Below are positions 12,383 to 25,404 of a stretch of DNA of 64,000 nucleotides, in pieces. The notes under the pieces are model-generated. The model was not told where the DNA came from and searched no databases. It worked only from the letters and a program-made list of their open reading frames with translations. Source of the DNA: Heterodontus francisci. Its lineage: Eukaryota. The DNA lies in assembly GCF_036365525.1 (NCBI RefSeq), contig NC_090394.1, positions 15,748,528-15,812,527 of the forward strand, in the 5' to 3' direction. How positions within the stretch are numbered: the first letter of the stretch is position 1; every line of letters begins with the position of its first letter. The position numbers and the translations under genes were made by a program.

Positions 12383-12400
12383 TGAGGGCTTATCTGGGAT
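12383..12400 (+). promoter_or_regulatory. Degenerate tRNA-Pro primer binding site
   Basis: TGAGGGCTTATCTGGGAT matches 14/18 of TGGGGGCTCGTCCGGGAT, 6 bp after the LTR end TTAACA (12376). Confidence 0.7.
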
Positions 12401-15400
12401 CGTTACCCAAAGACAAACGAGAAATTGAAAGTGGGAAACCAAATTGATCCCCATCAAAAATTCAAAGACTTTAATACAGCTTTTCTTGTTAATACTCTAG
12501 TAGTGAAAACCACATGTCCACATTCGAGGCCAGTACCTTCCTAAACCAGAGTGAAGTAACTTGGGACAGTTTAACTGCCCTATGTGTTGAAGAGTTGAGG
12601 AATGTAGTGGGGCAATTAGGGATTACTATCTACCCAAAGGCTAGGAAACCCGAAACATTAGCTAAAGTACAACTATAACTGAGGAGACTAGAATTAGAAT
12701 TAGAATTCCAGACGGAGAAAGATCAGAGAGAGTATCAGGAAAGAGAAAAATAAAAAGCTTTCCAGAGCGAAAGAGGAGACAGAGTGTCAGGAAAGGGAAA
12801 AAGAGCTTTCCAAAGGGAGTTAAGGCAGCTTGAATTAACTAGGGGAAGACCCAATATAACCAAGTGAAGGCATGGCTAGTGAAGAAGTTACCTCTAGCTC
12901 AGTATCGAGTGCTAAGCTCTGAAAGTTCTCTCAGTTCCTACCAAGGTTCAACAAAAGGGACATGGAAGCATTTTTCAAGTTTGCAAAACAGCCGATAGAG
13001 AGCTAGATACTGTCATTGCAAAGCAAGCCAACAGGAAAAGCCCACGAGGTTTATTCACTGTTGCCAGATGAGAGTTCATCAGACTATGCGATGACTAAAA
13101 ATGCTATCCTGGCCCCTATGAGCTAGTTACGGAGCAGGACCGCCAAAAATTCAGCCCACATATGAAAACCTTGGAGAGGTGATCCTTCTTGAGAAGTTCA
13201 AAAACTCTCTTCCCTTTCCATTAAAATTCACATGGAGGAACAAATTGTTCCAAGAGCCAGGCAGGCCACGTCCTGGCTGATGAATTTATGTTTGTACACA
13301 AATCCTTACCCCAAGAGAAACCCTTCCCTAGTCACCCCCAAAACCCAAAAATGATAAAAAGGTGAGAGAGTGATGGGAGCATGAACAGCCATGGGCAAGA
13401 AGGGAAAGCTGGATACACAGGGGGCCCTCCTCAGGCTAAAACTGATGATGCTGAGAGCAGGAGTGACGTCCGAAAACCTCTGTTTCCATTGTATCAAGGC
13501 AGGCCACCTTCGAGCTGACTGCTGGAAGTTATGGGAAAATCTGTAGGATAAATCAGGGCACACCAGACCCATGCGGGAAAGAGGGCCCTGATGGAAAGCA
13601 CAGCAGATCAGGCTGTGGCTTTCACTGTGGCAGTAGGATTCAGTAAATCTACAGCTGAGAGCGTGGGAAAACTTAAAATCCCCAAAAGTTACCAGGATTT
13701 TGTGTCCCAAGGAAAAGTGACCCCATACCTCTCACGTGAGGAAAGCAAGTCCATTGTTATCCTTTGGGATACAGGGGCTACCCAATCCCTTTTGCTGGAA
13801 AAAGGCATGACCTTTCCCCCAGAGTGCATTGCTGGTGAATGGTATCGAAGGGCTGTGTATGCCCCTACCATTATACCGGGTGCACCTGGAGTGTGATCTT
13901 GTTTCAGGACTGGTAACCGTGGGGATTGTCCCTAGTTTACCTGTGGACAGGGTCGACCTGCTCCTGGGTAATGATCTGGGTGGGGAAAGAGGTGGTAGCT
14001 TCCCCAGTAGTTTTAGAGAGACCGAAAGAGGTCAGGGAGACAGAGCAGTTGGAGGAGAAGGTCCCCGGCACTTTCCCTGACTGTGCTGACTCGGTCCGTG
14101 GCCAAACAAGCTCCATCAGAGGAGGTTGAACTGGCACTGCAGATGAATGACTCTACTGTCTGGTTATCTGAAACCTTCTTTGGGAAGTCAGAGGACCCAA
14201 AGGATTTGTTAAACAGGTCTTCCTTGGTCGAGGCTCAGCAAGCTGACCCAGTGTTAAAAATGTTAGCACAGACTGCCCAAACGGAAGCTGAAGCAGAGGG
14301 AGTTCCAGAGTGCTTATAGTTAAAGAATGAAGTGCTGACGAGGAAGTGGCGATCTCCTCACAGACCTGCTAACGAAGAGCGGACAGTGGTTCACCAGATA
14401 GTGGTACCACTGAGATACGGTTAGGAAATACTAAGAGTAGCCCACGACCTTCCAATGGCTGGACATGTCTGTATACGAGAAACCCAAGTCCGCATAAAAA
14501 CAGCATTTTGACTGACCAAAACTCCACAAAGATGTGATGGAGTTCTGTAAAACCTGTCACATTAGCCAGGTTGTGGGGAAGCCCCAACCTGCAATAAAAC
14601 CTGCACCCCTAATTCCCATACCAGCTTTTGGGGAACCCTTCAGCAGAGTGCTGGTGGATTGTGTGGGACACCTGCCGAAAACAAAAGGGTGCTACCAGGA
14701 TTATGTCACTATTATGGATGTGGCTATGAATTTCAGGTCTAGATAAGTCATGGGTAATCTGGGCAGAGCCCAGCTCAAGTCTACAGCCTACCACCCACAG
14801 TCACAAGGGGCTTTGGAACAGTCCCACTAGACCCTAAAGACAATGATCAAGGTATACTGTTATAAGTAAACCCATGACTGGGACAAAGGGCTGGGATTTC
14901 CCCTATTTGCCACCAGGGACTCATCCAATGAGTCCACCGGTTTTAGTCTCGTTGAATTAGTTAACGGACCCAAGGTGAGAGATGCTCTTAAACTGACCAA
15001 GGAGAGATTTTTGGGACACAGGGATGAGCCTTCCATGTTACAGGAGGGCTGGGAGGAGTCCCAAATCGAACCCCCTACTTTCCAGTTAGCCAACACCAAA
15101 ATGCTAGAAAAATTAGAAGCCACACTCTCCTATTTAAAGGAAAAGCAAAAAATGGCTGCTCACAACATTTACAGAAATCTGCAGGAACAAGGAAAGTTCC
15201 CAAAGGGGAAAGCCAAAAGTGAGGGAGATGCCTCACCTAGTTGAAGAGTCACAGGGGAGAGTCGTGAAAGCTGGACAGACCCTTGCAAGCAGCAATGTCC
15301 CTTGAGAACATAAAGTGAGGTCAGTGTGGATCTACTTGCTGAACAATCCGATGATCAGGTCCTAAATCCAAAGCTAATCACATCTAACAATTAAGGTTCA

Positions 15401-16724
15401 GGGCTCAGCAAGAACGAGGGCCCGGAGGAAATCTCAGACACCTAACAGGGGCTAAAACACAATTTATTACCCACTATCATTATAGAGATAAGAATTATCA
15501 ATGTGCTGGAACCTGAATGGTTAAAGCCAGGTGTTGTAGAAACTGCAGTTAAGGAGTTAAAACTTGACAGACATGAAACCTTGCCACCAGCAGTAACGGA
15601 AAACAAGCTTCACCAACAGCCACATGTTTATTGAGCTGAATATTCCCAGAGTACTACAGGTTGATGCGAGAGAAACTCTAACCCCATTTGACAACGTATA
15701 ACCCAAAAGAAATACAATTTTTTTTAAATGGTTCTTCATCCGAAGGAAGGCTGATGACAAAACTCCAAAAAAAATTAAACCAGAACCTGGCTAGGGCAGT
15801 GTGAGTTTGAGAAGTGAGTGTTTTTTTCCCCCATGGCCATGTGATGAAATGTTCCTGTTGTCACATTTCATTCCGCGTGGTGCGGCGGCATCAAGAAAAC
15901 ATGCTATGCCAAATGAGGATTTTTAATTCATCGGTTGGAAATCTACATTAAAAAAGAAAAACTGGAATCACACAGTTAACTTGTAAAAAACTGTCAGCCA
16001 AGATGGACACCACAATTTGCATTGAAATACCTCACATTGCAGGACATCGAATTGGAGATGAATGTCTAACGAGGTCCCATCCAGGACAATGCTTCGTGAA
16101 TTTTGAAGCAGCTAACTGCTTCACTTCTAATGGCAAAACATTCAAAGCCATCTTGGAACATTAACAGTGAATGAGAAACACGAGGGCAGCTGGGGAGAGC
16201 CAGCGGAATCATAAAGAACATTCTTATTGCTAATTAGAACAGCATACAGCCTTCATCTACCCTCCCTGTTTGCTGACTTGCGCCTGTGCTTATGAGCCCC
16301 AACACAAAGCGTGTAAAAATACACACAATTTGTGGGAAAATAAGCAAAGTTCTCACAATAATGGCCCCTGCTGCATTAAAACTAGGAACGGCAGAACCAT
16401 CAGCATCGGCTCCCATTGGGGTGCACCGCAACTTCCGGGTTTCGGAGTAAGTCAGGTTGCCAGACGATGCAGTGCTATTGTGGCCCTCAATAGCGTGAAC
16501 CTCTCGGCGTCTGCCACTGTTGGAACCGTAAGATCTGAGCCCATGGTGTTTAAATTCCTTCATAGCCTTGGGGATGATACCTCCATTTCTGTATTCTTCT
16601 CGAACCTTACAACCATCCCAGAACACCCCGTTCCTAGAATTGTGTTTCTTTTATGCATCCCTCATGCCTTTCTTTCCACCAGTGCCTTCCTCCATCCAGG
16701 CCCCTTATTCCTGAATTACACCTC

Positions 16725-19700
16725 AAGCCTGAGGCAGAGGACCACGTGGATAGCACATTTAGGGAGGTTAGGAGCATGCAGGCAGAGAGGGAATGGGTGA
16801 ATGCCAGGCAGACTAAGAGAACCAGGCAGGCAGTGCAGGAGTTCCCTGAGTCTATCTTACGTGCTAATCGATTTTCCATTTTGGATACTGGTGAGAGTAA
16901 TGGTTCCTCGGGGGAGTACAGCCAGAACAAAGTTTAAGGCACCACGTGGGGCTCCACTGCACAGGAGGGGAGTAGGAAGAGTGGAAGAGCAATAGTGATA
17001 GGGGATTCGATAGTCAGGGGATCAGACAGACGTTTCTGTGACAGTAAACGTGATTCCAGGATGGTGTGTTGCCTCCCTGGTGCCAGGGTTAAGGATGTCA
17101 TGGAGTGGCTGCAGGACCTCCTTCTGGGGGGAGGGTGAATAGCCAGGTCATGGTCCACATTGGTACCAATGACATAGGTAGGAAGCGGGATGAGGTCCTG
17201 AAAGCAGATTTTAGGGAGTTAAGAAGGAAATTAAAATGCAGGACCTCAAAAGCAGTAATCTCAGGATTACTCCCAGTGCCACATGCTAGTGAGCATAGAA
17301 ATGGGAGGACTGATCGATCGAATACGTGGCTGGATAATTGGTGTAGGAGGGAGAGCAGGGACCCGGGTTCGATTCTGGGTACTGCCTGTGTGGAGTTTGC
17401 AAGTTCTCCCTGTGTCTGCGTGGGTTTTCTCCGGGTGCTCCGGTTTCCTCCCACAAGCCTAAAGACTTGCAGGTTGGTAGGTAAATTGGCCATTATAAAT
17501 TGTCACTAGTATAGGTAGGTGGTAGGGAAATATAGGGACAGGTGGGGATGTTTGGTAGGAATATGGGATTAGTGTAGGATTAGTATAAATGGGTGGTTGA
17601 TGGTCGGCACAGACTCGGTGGGCCGAAGGGCCTGTTTCAGTGCTGTATCTCTAATCTAAAAAATCTAAAGCATCACATCCCTGAGGCATTGGGACCAGTT
17701 CTGCAGCAGGTGGGGCCTGGACAAGATGGATGGGCTACACCTTAACAGGATCGGAACTAACATCCTCGCAGGGAGATTTGCTAGTGCTGTTGGGGAGGGG
17801 TTTAACTAGCTTATCAAGGGGGTGGGAACCTGAGGGATAGCTCAAATTGGAATGAAGTAAAGCTGGTAACAGGAGGTAGAAAAGTAGCAAGTGACATTAG
17901 AAGGCAGGCGAAACAAAGGCGAGCATCAACTAGGCTTAGAAAGCAGAACGTCAAGGCGGCAAGGTTAAGGGCACTCTACCTTGCATTTGCAACTAGGTAG
18001 ATAATTTAAAGACCCAAATAGAGGTAAATGGGTATGATCTAATTGCCATAATGGAAACATGGCGACAGGGTGACCAATACTGGGAACGGAACATTCAAGG
18101 ATATTCGACATATAGGAAGGACAGGCAAAAAGGAAAAGGAAATGGTGTTGTGCTGATAATAAGGGATGGGCTCAGTACATTAGTGAGGAAGGATCTCCGA
18201 CCAGAAGAACAAAATGTGGAATCTGTTTGGGTAGAGCTAAGAAACAGCAAGGGGCAGCAAACATTGTTTGAAATTATTTATAAGCCACCAAACAGTAGTG
18301 GTAGTGTGGGGCCTGGTATTACTCAGGAGATTAGAGAAGCATGGGTAATACAGTAATCATGGGTGACCTCAATCTGCACATAGACTGGGTAAACCTAATG
18401 AACACGAACGCTGTGAAGGACGAGTTTCTGGAGTGTGTTAGGAATGTTTTTTTTTTAAGAGCAGTATGTTGAGGAACCGACTAGAGAACAGACTATTTTA
18501 GATTTAGTATTACGTAATGAGAAAGGGTTAATTAAAATTCTTGTTGTAAAAGAACCTTTAGGGATGAGTGACCATAATATGATAGAATTTTACATTATGT
18601 TTGAAAGTGAGGTAGTTTAATCTGAAGCCAGGGTGTGAAATTTGAACAAAGGAAATGATGAAGGTATGAGGGGCAAATTGGCTGATGTGGATTGGGAAAA
18701 TACATTAAAGGTATGACAGTACATAAGCAATGGATAGTCTTTCAAGAAATATAACATAGTTTACAGCAACTATACATTCCTTCAAGGCACAAAAGCCACA
18801 AAAGTAAAGGCAGTCAACCGTGGATAACAAAGGAAGTTAAGGATTGTATAAGAGTAAAAGAAAAAGCCTATAAAGTTGCCAGAAATATTAGTAAACCTGA
18901 GTGGGAGGATTTTAGAATACAGAAAAGGAGGACCAAGAAACTGATAAATAAAGGGAGAACAGAATATGAATGCAAGCTAGCAAAAAATATAAAAACAGGC
19001 TGTAAAAGCTTCTATAGGTAAGTAAAAAGGAAACTTTTGGCTAAGACAAATGTGGGTCCATTACAGACAGAGTCAGGAGAATTTATAATGGGAATAGAGA
19101 AATGGCAGAGAAGCTAAATGATTACTTTGTGTCAGTCTTCACTGAGGAAGATACAAGAAATCTCCCAGAATTAGAGATCGAAGGGATTAGGGGGAATGAG
19201 GAATTGAAGGAAATTAGTATTTGCAAGAAGGTTGTATTGGAGAAATTAATGGGGCTGAAGGTTGATACATCCCCAGGACCAAATATTCTACATCCCAGAG
19301 TGTTGAAAGAGGTCGCTATGGAGATATTGGTGATCATCTTCCAAAATTCTATTGATTCTGGAGCGGTTCCTGCAGATTGGAAGGTCACAAATGTCACCCC
19401 ACTATTTAAGAAGGGAGGGAGGGAAAAACAGGGAATTACAGACCAGTTCGCCTTACAGCAGTCGTTAGGAAAGCGCCAGAATCTATTCTAAAGGATGTGA
19501 TAAATGGACACTTGGATAATAACAATCTGATTGGGCATAGTCAATATGGATTTGTGAATGGGAAATCATGTTTGATGAACCTGAGTGAGTTTTTTGAGGA
19601 TGTTCCTGACAGAATTGATAAAGGGGAGTCAGTGGAAGTGGCATACTTGGATTTTCAGAAGGCGTTTGATAAAGTCCCCCACAGGAGGTTGGTTAGCAAA

Positions 19701-20800
19701 ATTAAAGCACATGGGATAGGAGGTAAAATATACTGGCACGGATTAAGGATTGGTTAACAGGCAGAAAGCAGAGAGTAAGAATAAACGGGTCAATCTCGCG
19801 TTGGCAGGCTGTCACCAGTGGGGTACCGCAGGAATCAGTGCTTGGGCCCCAGCTGTTCACAATATATCAATGATTTGGATGTGGGGACCAAATATAGTAT
19901 TTCCAAGTTCGTGGATGGCACAAAGCTAGGTGGGAATGTGTGTTGTGAGGAAGATGCAAAGTGGCTTCAAGGGGATTTGGAAAGACTTGGTGAGTGGGCA
20001 AGAACGTGGCAGATGGAATATACTTTGGAAAAATGTGAGGTTATCCACTTTGGTAGGAGGAACAGATGTGCAGAATATTTCTTGAATGGTAAGAGATTAG
20101 AAAGTGTAGATGTACAAAGGGACCTGGGTGTCATGGTCACTAAGTCACAGAAAGCTAACATGCGGGTGCAGCAAGCAATTAAGGCGGCTAATGGTATGTT
20201 AGCCTTTATCGCAAGAGGATTTGAGTACAGGAGTAGTGAAGTCTTGCTTTAATTGTATAGAACCTTGGTTAGACTGCACCTGGAGTAGTGTGTGCAATTT
20301 TGGTCCCCTTACCTTAGGATGGATATTATTGCCATAGAGGGAGTACAACAAAGGTTCACCAGACTTGTTCCCGGGATGGTTAGATTGTCCTATGAAGAGA
20401 GATTGGGCAAACTGGGCCTGTATTCTCTATAGTTTAGAAGAATGAGATGTGATCTCATTGAAACCTACAAAATACTTAAAGGGATAGACAGGGTAGATAC
20501 AGCTAAGATATTTCCCCTGGTTGGAGAATCTAGAACCAGAAGACAATTTCAAAATAAGTGGGAAACCACTTAGGACAGAGGTGAGGAGCAATTTCTTTAG
20601 TCAGAGGGTTGTGACTAATGAAGCTGTCATTGAGTATGTTTAAAACAAAGATTGAGAGATTTTTAAATACAAATGACATAAGGGGATATGGGGATATGAG
20701 GATAGTGTGGGGAAAAAGGCACTGAAGTGAAAGATCACCCATGATTGCATTGAATGGCGGGGCAGACTCGATGGGCTGAATGGCCTTCTCCTATGTTCTG
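16725..20800 (+). mobile_element. CR1 (HER1-like) LINE: ORF1 SGNH-esterase plus degenerate ORF2 and 3' tail
   Basis: VIGDSIVRG near 16995, VHIGTNDIG, endonuclease YKPPNS, RT KSCLMNL, YLDFQKAFDKVPH, SKFVDGTKL; tail GATGGGCTGAATGGCC near 20770. Confidence 0.9.
17356..17669 (+). mobile_element. HE1/V-SINE-like SINE, copy 3 (5'-truncated), inside CR1 ORF1
   Basis: Starts just before the B box, ends CTAATCTAAAAAATCTAAA; CR1 ORF1 resumes afterwards. Confidence 0.9.
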
Positions 20801-21049
20801 AAACTCCTCTGCCTCTCTTTGACTAAGCTTTTGGTCACCTCTCCTAATTGCTTGACCCAATCAGTTCTATTATCAATGGGACCAAGTTCCTAGTGGCAAG
20901 AATAAATTGGACTGTAGAGAAGACCTTAAACCAATAAGGGGAGGGGGGGGGGGGGGGGGGGGTCGTTGTTGGTGGGGATGAGGAAAAGAGGTCAGTGGAA
21001 ATAACCTAAAGGCAAGAAACAAGGATAACGCAAAGGTCAGACAATAAAA

Positions 21050-21440
21050 GAGAGGAGGCTGAGGGGTGACTTAATTGAGGTGTACAAAATTATGAGGGGC
21101 CTAGACATAGTAGTCAGGAAGGACCTGTTTCCGCTAGCAGAGAGGTCAATTACCAGAGGGCACAGATTTAAGGTGGTTGGTAGAAGGATTAAAGGGAACA
21201 TGACAAAAAACTTTGCCACCCAGAGGGTGGTGGGTGTCTGGAATTCACTGCCCAGATCAGTGGTGTGGGCAGAAACCCTCAACTCATTTCAAATGTACCT
21301 GCACCTGAAGTGCTGTAACCTGCAAGGCTACGGACCAGGTGCTAGAAGATGGGATTAGATTGCGCAGCTAGTTTTTCCAGCTGGCACGGACACGATGGGC
21401 TGAATGGCTTCTTTTTGTGCTATAACTTGTCTATGGCTCT
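21050..21440 (+). mobile_element. CR1 3' fragment
   Basis: RRLRGDLIEVYKIMRG..TRGHRFK..QRVVGVWNSLP and CR1 tail. Confidence 0.85.
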
Positions 21441-21942
21441 AGAGTTCTATAAGTGATTGAGACAGCAAGTACTCCAGGAACAAAAAGGACTACAGAAAAT
21501 AATAATGCTACTTTTTAAAAATAAAGCAGGGGTGATGAACATTAAGAACATATTAAAATTCCTAAATAGCAGTGTATACAGCATCAGCAACAAAAAGTGC
21601 AATAAGTCAAAAATGACAGAAAAACATCAGGGCATAAGGGCAGAGTGGGGACAGTTAGCCAAATAAGAGTTCTGAACACATATGCAGTTGTGATAAGAAA
21701 TAAAACAAATGAGTTAGATGCACAAATTTAGTTCAAAGGATATGATATAGCAACGATTACAGAGGCCTGCCTACAAGCCAGGCTTGACTGGGAACTAAAC
21801 ATTCCAGGCTATAGGATTTTTGGAATGCAAAGGGTAAATTGGGAAAGAACGAGGTGCAGCAATATTGATAAAAGATCCAATTACAGCAGTAATGGTCATT
21901 CGGTAATGAAAATGCTATGGGTAGAACAAAGGAACAGTAAAG

Positions 21943-23845
21943 ATAGAATCACAGAATTGTTACAGTGCAGGAGGCCATTTGGCTCATTGTGTCGGTACCA
22001 GCTCTCCATAAGAGCAATTCACTCAGTTCCATTCCCCTGCCTTCTCCCCGTAACCCTGCATATTCTTCCTTTTCATATAACTGTCTAATTCCCTTTTGAA
22101 TGCTTCCATTGAACCTGCCTCCACCACGTTCTCAGGCAGCGCATTCCAGACCCTAACCATTCTCTGCCTGAAAAAACTTTTCCTCATGTCAGTTTTGCTT
22201 CTCTTACCAAATACTTTAAATCTGTGCCCTCTCATTCTCGATCCTTTCACGAGTGGAAATAGTTTCTCTCTATCTACTCTGTCCAGACCTCTCATGATTT
22301 GGAATACCTCCATCAAATCACCTCAGCCATCTCTTCTTCAAGGAAAACAGTCCTAACTTCTCCAATCTATCTTAATAACTGAAGTTCTTCATCCTTGGAA
22401 CCATTCTCGTGAATCTTTTCTGCATTCTCTCCAATGCCCTCACGTCTTTCCTAAAGTGTGGCGCCCAGAACTGGAAGCAATGCTCCAGCTGACGAATGTC
22501 TTATACAAGTTCATCTTAACTTCCTTGTTCTTGTACTCTATGCCCCTATTAATAAAGCCCAGGATACTGCGTGCTTTATTAACTGCTTTCTGAACCTGTC
22601 CTGCCACCTTCAATGACTTGTGCACATATACACCGAGGTTCTTCTGCTCCTGCACCCCCTTTAGAATTGTACCCTTTATATTATCTCTCCATATTCTTCC
22701 TACAAAAATGAATCACTTCACATTTCTCTGCATTGAATTCCATCTGCCACCTGTCTGCCCATTCCACTAACTTGTCTATATCCTTTCAGAGTTCTACATG
22801 ATCCTCCTCACAGTTCACAAAGCTTCCACAGTTCTGCAAACTTTGAAATTGTGCCCTGTACACCAAGGTCTAGGTCATTAATATGCGTCAGGAAAAGCAA
22901 GGGTCCCAACACTGACCCCTGGGGAACTCCACTACATACCTTCCTCCAGCCCGAAAAACATCCATTAACCACTATTCTCTGTTTCCTGTCACTTAGTCAA
23001 TTCCATATCCACGTTGCTACCGTCCCTTTTATTCCACGAGCCATAAGCTTGCTCACAAGTCTATTGTGTGGCACTGTATCAAAAGCCTTTTGAAAGTCCA
23101 TGTACACCACATTAACAGCATTATCCTCATCAACCCTCTGTTACCTCCTCAAAAAACTCCAGCAAGTTAGTTAAACGTGATTTTCCCTTAAGAAATCTAT
23201 GCTGGCTTTCCTTAATTAACTCGCATTTGTCCACATGACTTAATTTTGTCCTGAATTATTTTTTCTAGAAGTTTCCCCACCACCGAAGTTAAACTGGCTG
23301 GCCTATAGTTGCTGGGTTTATCTTTACACCATTTTTGGAACAAGGCTGTAACGTTTTACAATTCTCCAGTCCTCTGGCACCACTCCAGAGTCTAAGGAAG
23401 ACTGAAAAATTATGGCCAGTGCCTCCGCGATTTCCACTCTCACTTCCCTCAGTCTCCTTGGATGCATCTCATCTGGTCCTGTTATTTTATCCACTTTAAG
23501 TACAGACAGCCTATCTAATACATCCTCTTCATCAATTTTAAACCCCTCTAGTGTCTGACTTACCGCCTCTTTCACCATTGCCTGAGTTGTATCTTCTTCC
23601 TTGGTAAAGACAGATGCAAAATATTCATTTAATACCTCAGCTATGCCCTCTGCCTCCATGAGTAAATCCCCTTTCTGGTCCCTAATCGGCCCAATTCCTC
23701 CTTTTACCACCCTTTTGCTATTTATATGCCTATAGAAAACATTAGGATTTCCTTTAATGCTCACTGCCAGTCTCTTTTCATGCTCACTCTTTGCTTCTCC
23801 TATTTGTTTTTTCACTTCCCCTCTGGACCTTCTATTTTCTCCCTG
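21943..23845 (-). mobile_element. CR1 ORF2 RT-to-3' end, inserted in an older plus-strand CR1 endonuclease fragment (~21640-21940 and ~23850-24240)
   Basis: AEVLNEYFASVFTKE, GPDEMHPR, GVPQGSVLGP, RGHRFK. Flanks carry DIATITEA and MGDFNF on the plus strand. Confidence 0.85.
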
Positions 23846-24239
23846 GCATCTCTGTCATAAGACTCTGATAGAAGTTGCCTCCAAACCTGACAGTAGTGAT
23901 GCAATAGAGGGTTGTATAAGTACAGAGATAAGGGAAGAATGTATCAGAAGTTATCTGGTTTTAATGGGAGATTTTAACTTTCACCTGGACTGCTAGAAAT
24001 AGGGCTGCTCAAACAGTAAAGGCAACAAATTCCAAGAATGTATTCTGGGCAGTTTCATAGAACATGGAAACTGGCCTTATTAGATTTAGTGATGAGAAAG
24101 AAATGAGAATTAGTTAATAATGACAGTACAGGAACATCTTGAAAAAGCCACCATATTAGGTTTGAGAGACAGGACAGCCAAGTTGGCAATGCAACAAAGG
24201 TAAACCTCAAAGAAATGAGAAATAAAATAACCGCAGTAG

Positions 24240-25085
24240 GAACATAAGAACACGAGCAGGCATTTAGCCACTCGAGCCTGTTTTGCCATTCAATGAAATC
24301 GTGGCTAATACATGACCTAACTCCACATATCGGCCTTTCTACTCTACCCCTTAATACCTTGGGATAATGAAATTCTAACAATCTCAGATTTAAAATTTAC
24401 AATTGATCTAGCATCAACTGCCATTTGTGGAAGAGTTTCAAACTTCTACCACCTTTTGAGAGTGGAAGGGTTTCTTGATTTCACTCTTGAAAGGTCTGGC
24501 TCTAATTTTTAGACTCTGCGCCCTAGTCCTCCCAACCAGTGGAAATAGATTCTAACTACCATTTGTTCCCCTTAATATCTTGAAAACGTCAATCAAATCA
24601 CTCTCTAACCGTCTAAATTCCAGGGTTTCAGACGGTTGTATAACCTCTCCTCATAATTTAACCCTCAGAGTCCAGGTATCATTTTGGTAAACCTACATTC
24701 CTTCCATGGCCAATTTATCCCTCCCAAAGTGTGGTGCCCAGAACTGTTTGCAGTACTGCAGGTGTGGTCTCACCAGGGCTTTGTATAGCTGAAGCATGAC
24801 TTCTAACCGCTTGTATTCTACTCCTCTAGATATAAAGGCCAGCATTCCATTAGACTATTTGACTACTTTCTGTACATGTTCATATCTTGGAACCTCCACT
24901 GTTTCTAGCATTTCATCATTTAGAATGCACCCTGTTCTATCCTTTTTAGGTACAAAGTGGATGATCTCACATTTGCTTACATTGAAATCTATTTGCCATA
25001 GTTTTGCCCATTCACTTAATCTATCAATATCTCTTTGTAATTTAATGCTTCCATTTACACTTCTTACAATGCTACCTATCTTTGT
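24240..25085 (-). mobile_element. CR1 3' fragment
   Basis: LQRDIDRLSEWAKLWQIDFNVSKCEIIHF and CR1 tail near 24240-24290. Confidence 0.8.
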
Positions 25086-25404
25086 GAAAGCAGAGAGGAG
25101 TAACTGAAAACCCAGTAACAAAGTGGGTCTCTCTCTCTCCCCAGTAAAGATCAAGAGAAGACCCAGCTGCAACTGGTAAAGCCCCTCAAGCCTACAGATC
25201 GCCACAGCCAGTAACTACAGGACAAGGATCGAACCCCTCTTCTGTCTTCAGGAGCCCTGAGAAAAGCAAGCCCACCACCGTGCACATGACCCAGCGAGGA
25301 TTTCATGAATACAACTTCAGCTGAGGCCTTGAGATTTAAAATTCCATTTATTCCAGACTCTACTCCAACCACCAAATCTGTTTTCCCTCTGTAATCTATT
25401 TATG

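Larger units (their letters stand above)
11529..16090 (+). mobile_element. Decayed Gmr1-like Gypsy LTR retrotransposon (LTR-PBS-gag-protease-integrase-LTR; RT not found)
   Basis: Diverged direct repeats 11529-11737 and 15889-16090. Zinc knuckle CFHCIKAGHLRADC near 13480-13525, protease ILWDTGATQSLL near 13760, integrase AHDLPMAGH..CKTC, PFSRVLVDCVGHLPKTK and STAYHPQSQGALE at 14440-14820. Many stops and frameshifts. Confidence 0.85.

Noticed and set aside
16270-16800. 176-aa ORF (also the 173-aa ORF at 46082-46603)
   Set aside because: Non-ATG starts, span repeat remnants, no recognisable domain.
20945-20962. Poly-G run (and poly-C at ~7540-7558) as functional G-quadruplex elements
   Set aside because: Simple homopolymers at TE junctions, error-prone in assembly, no supporting context.
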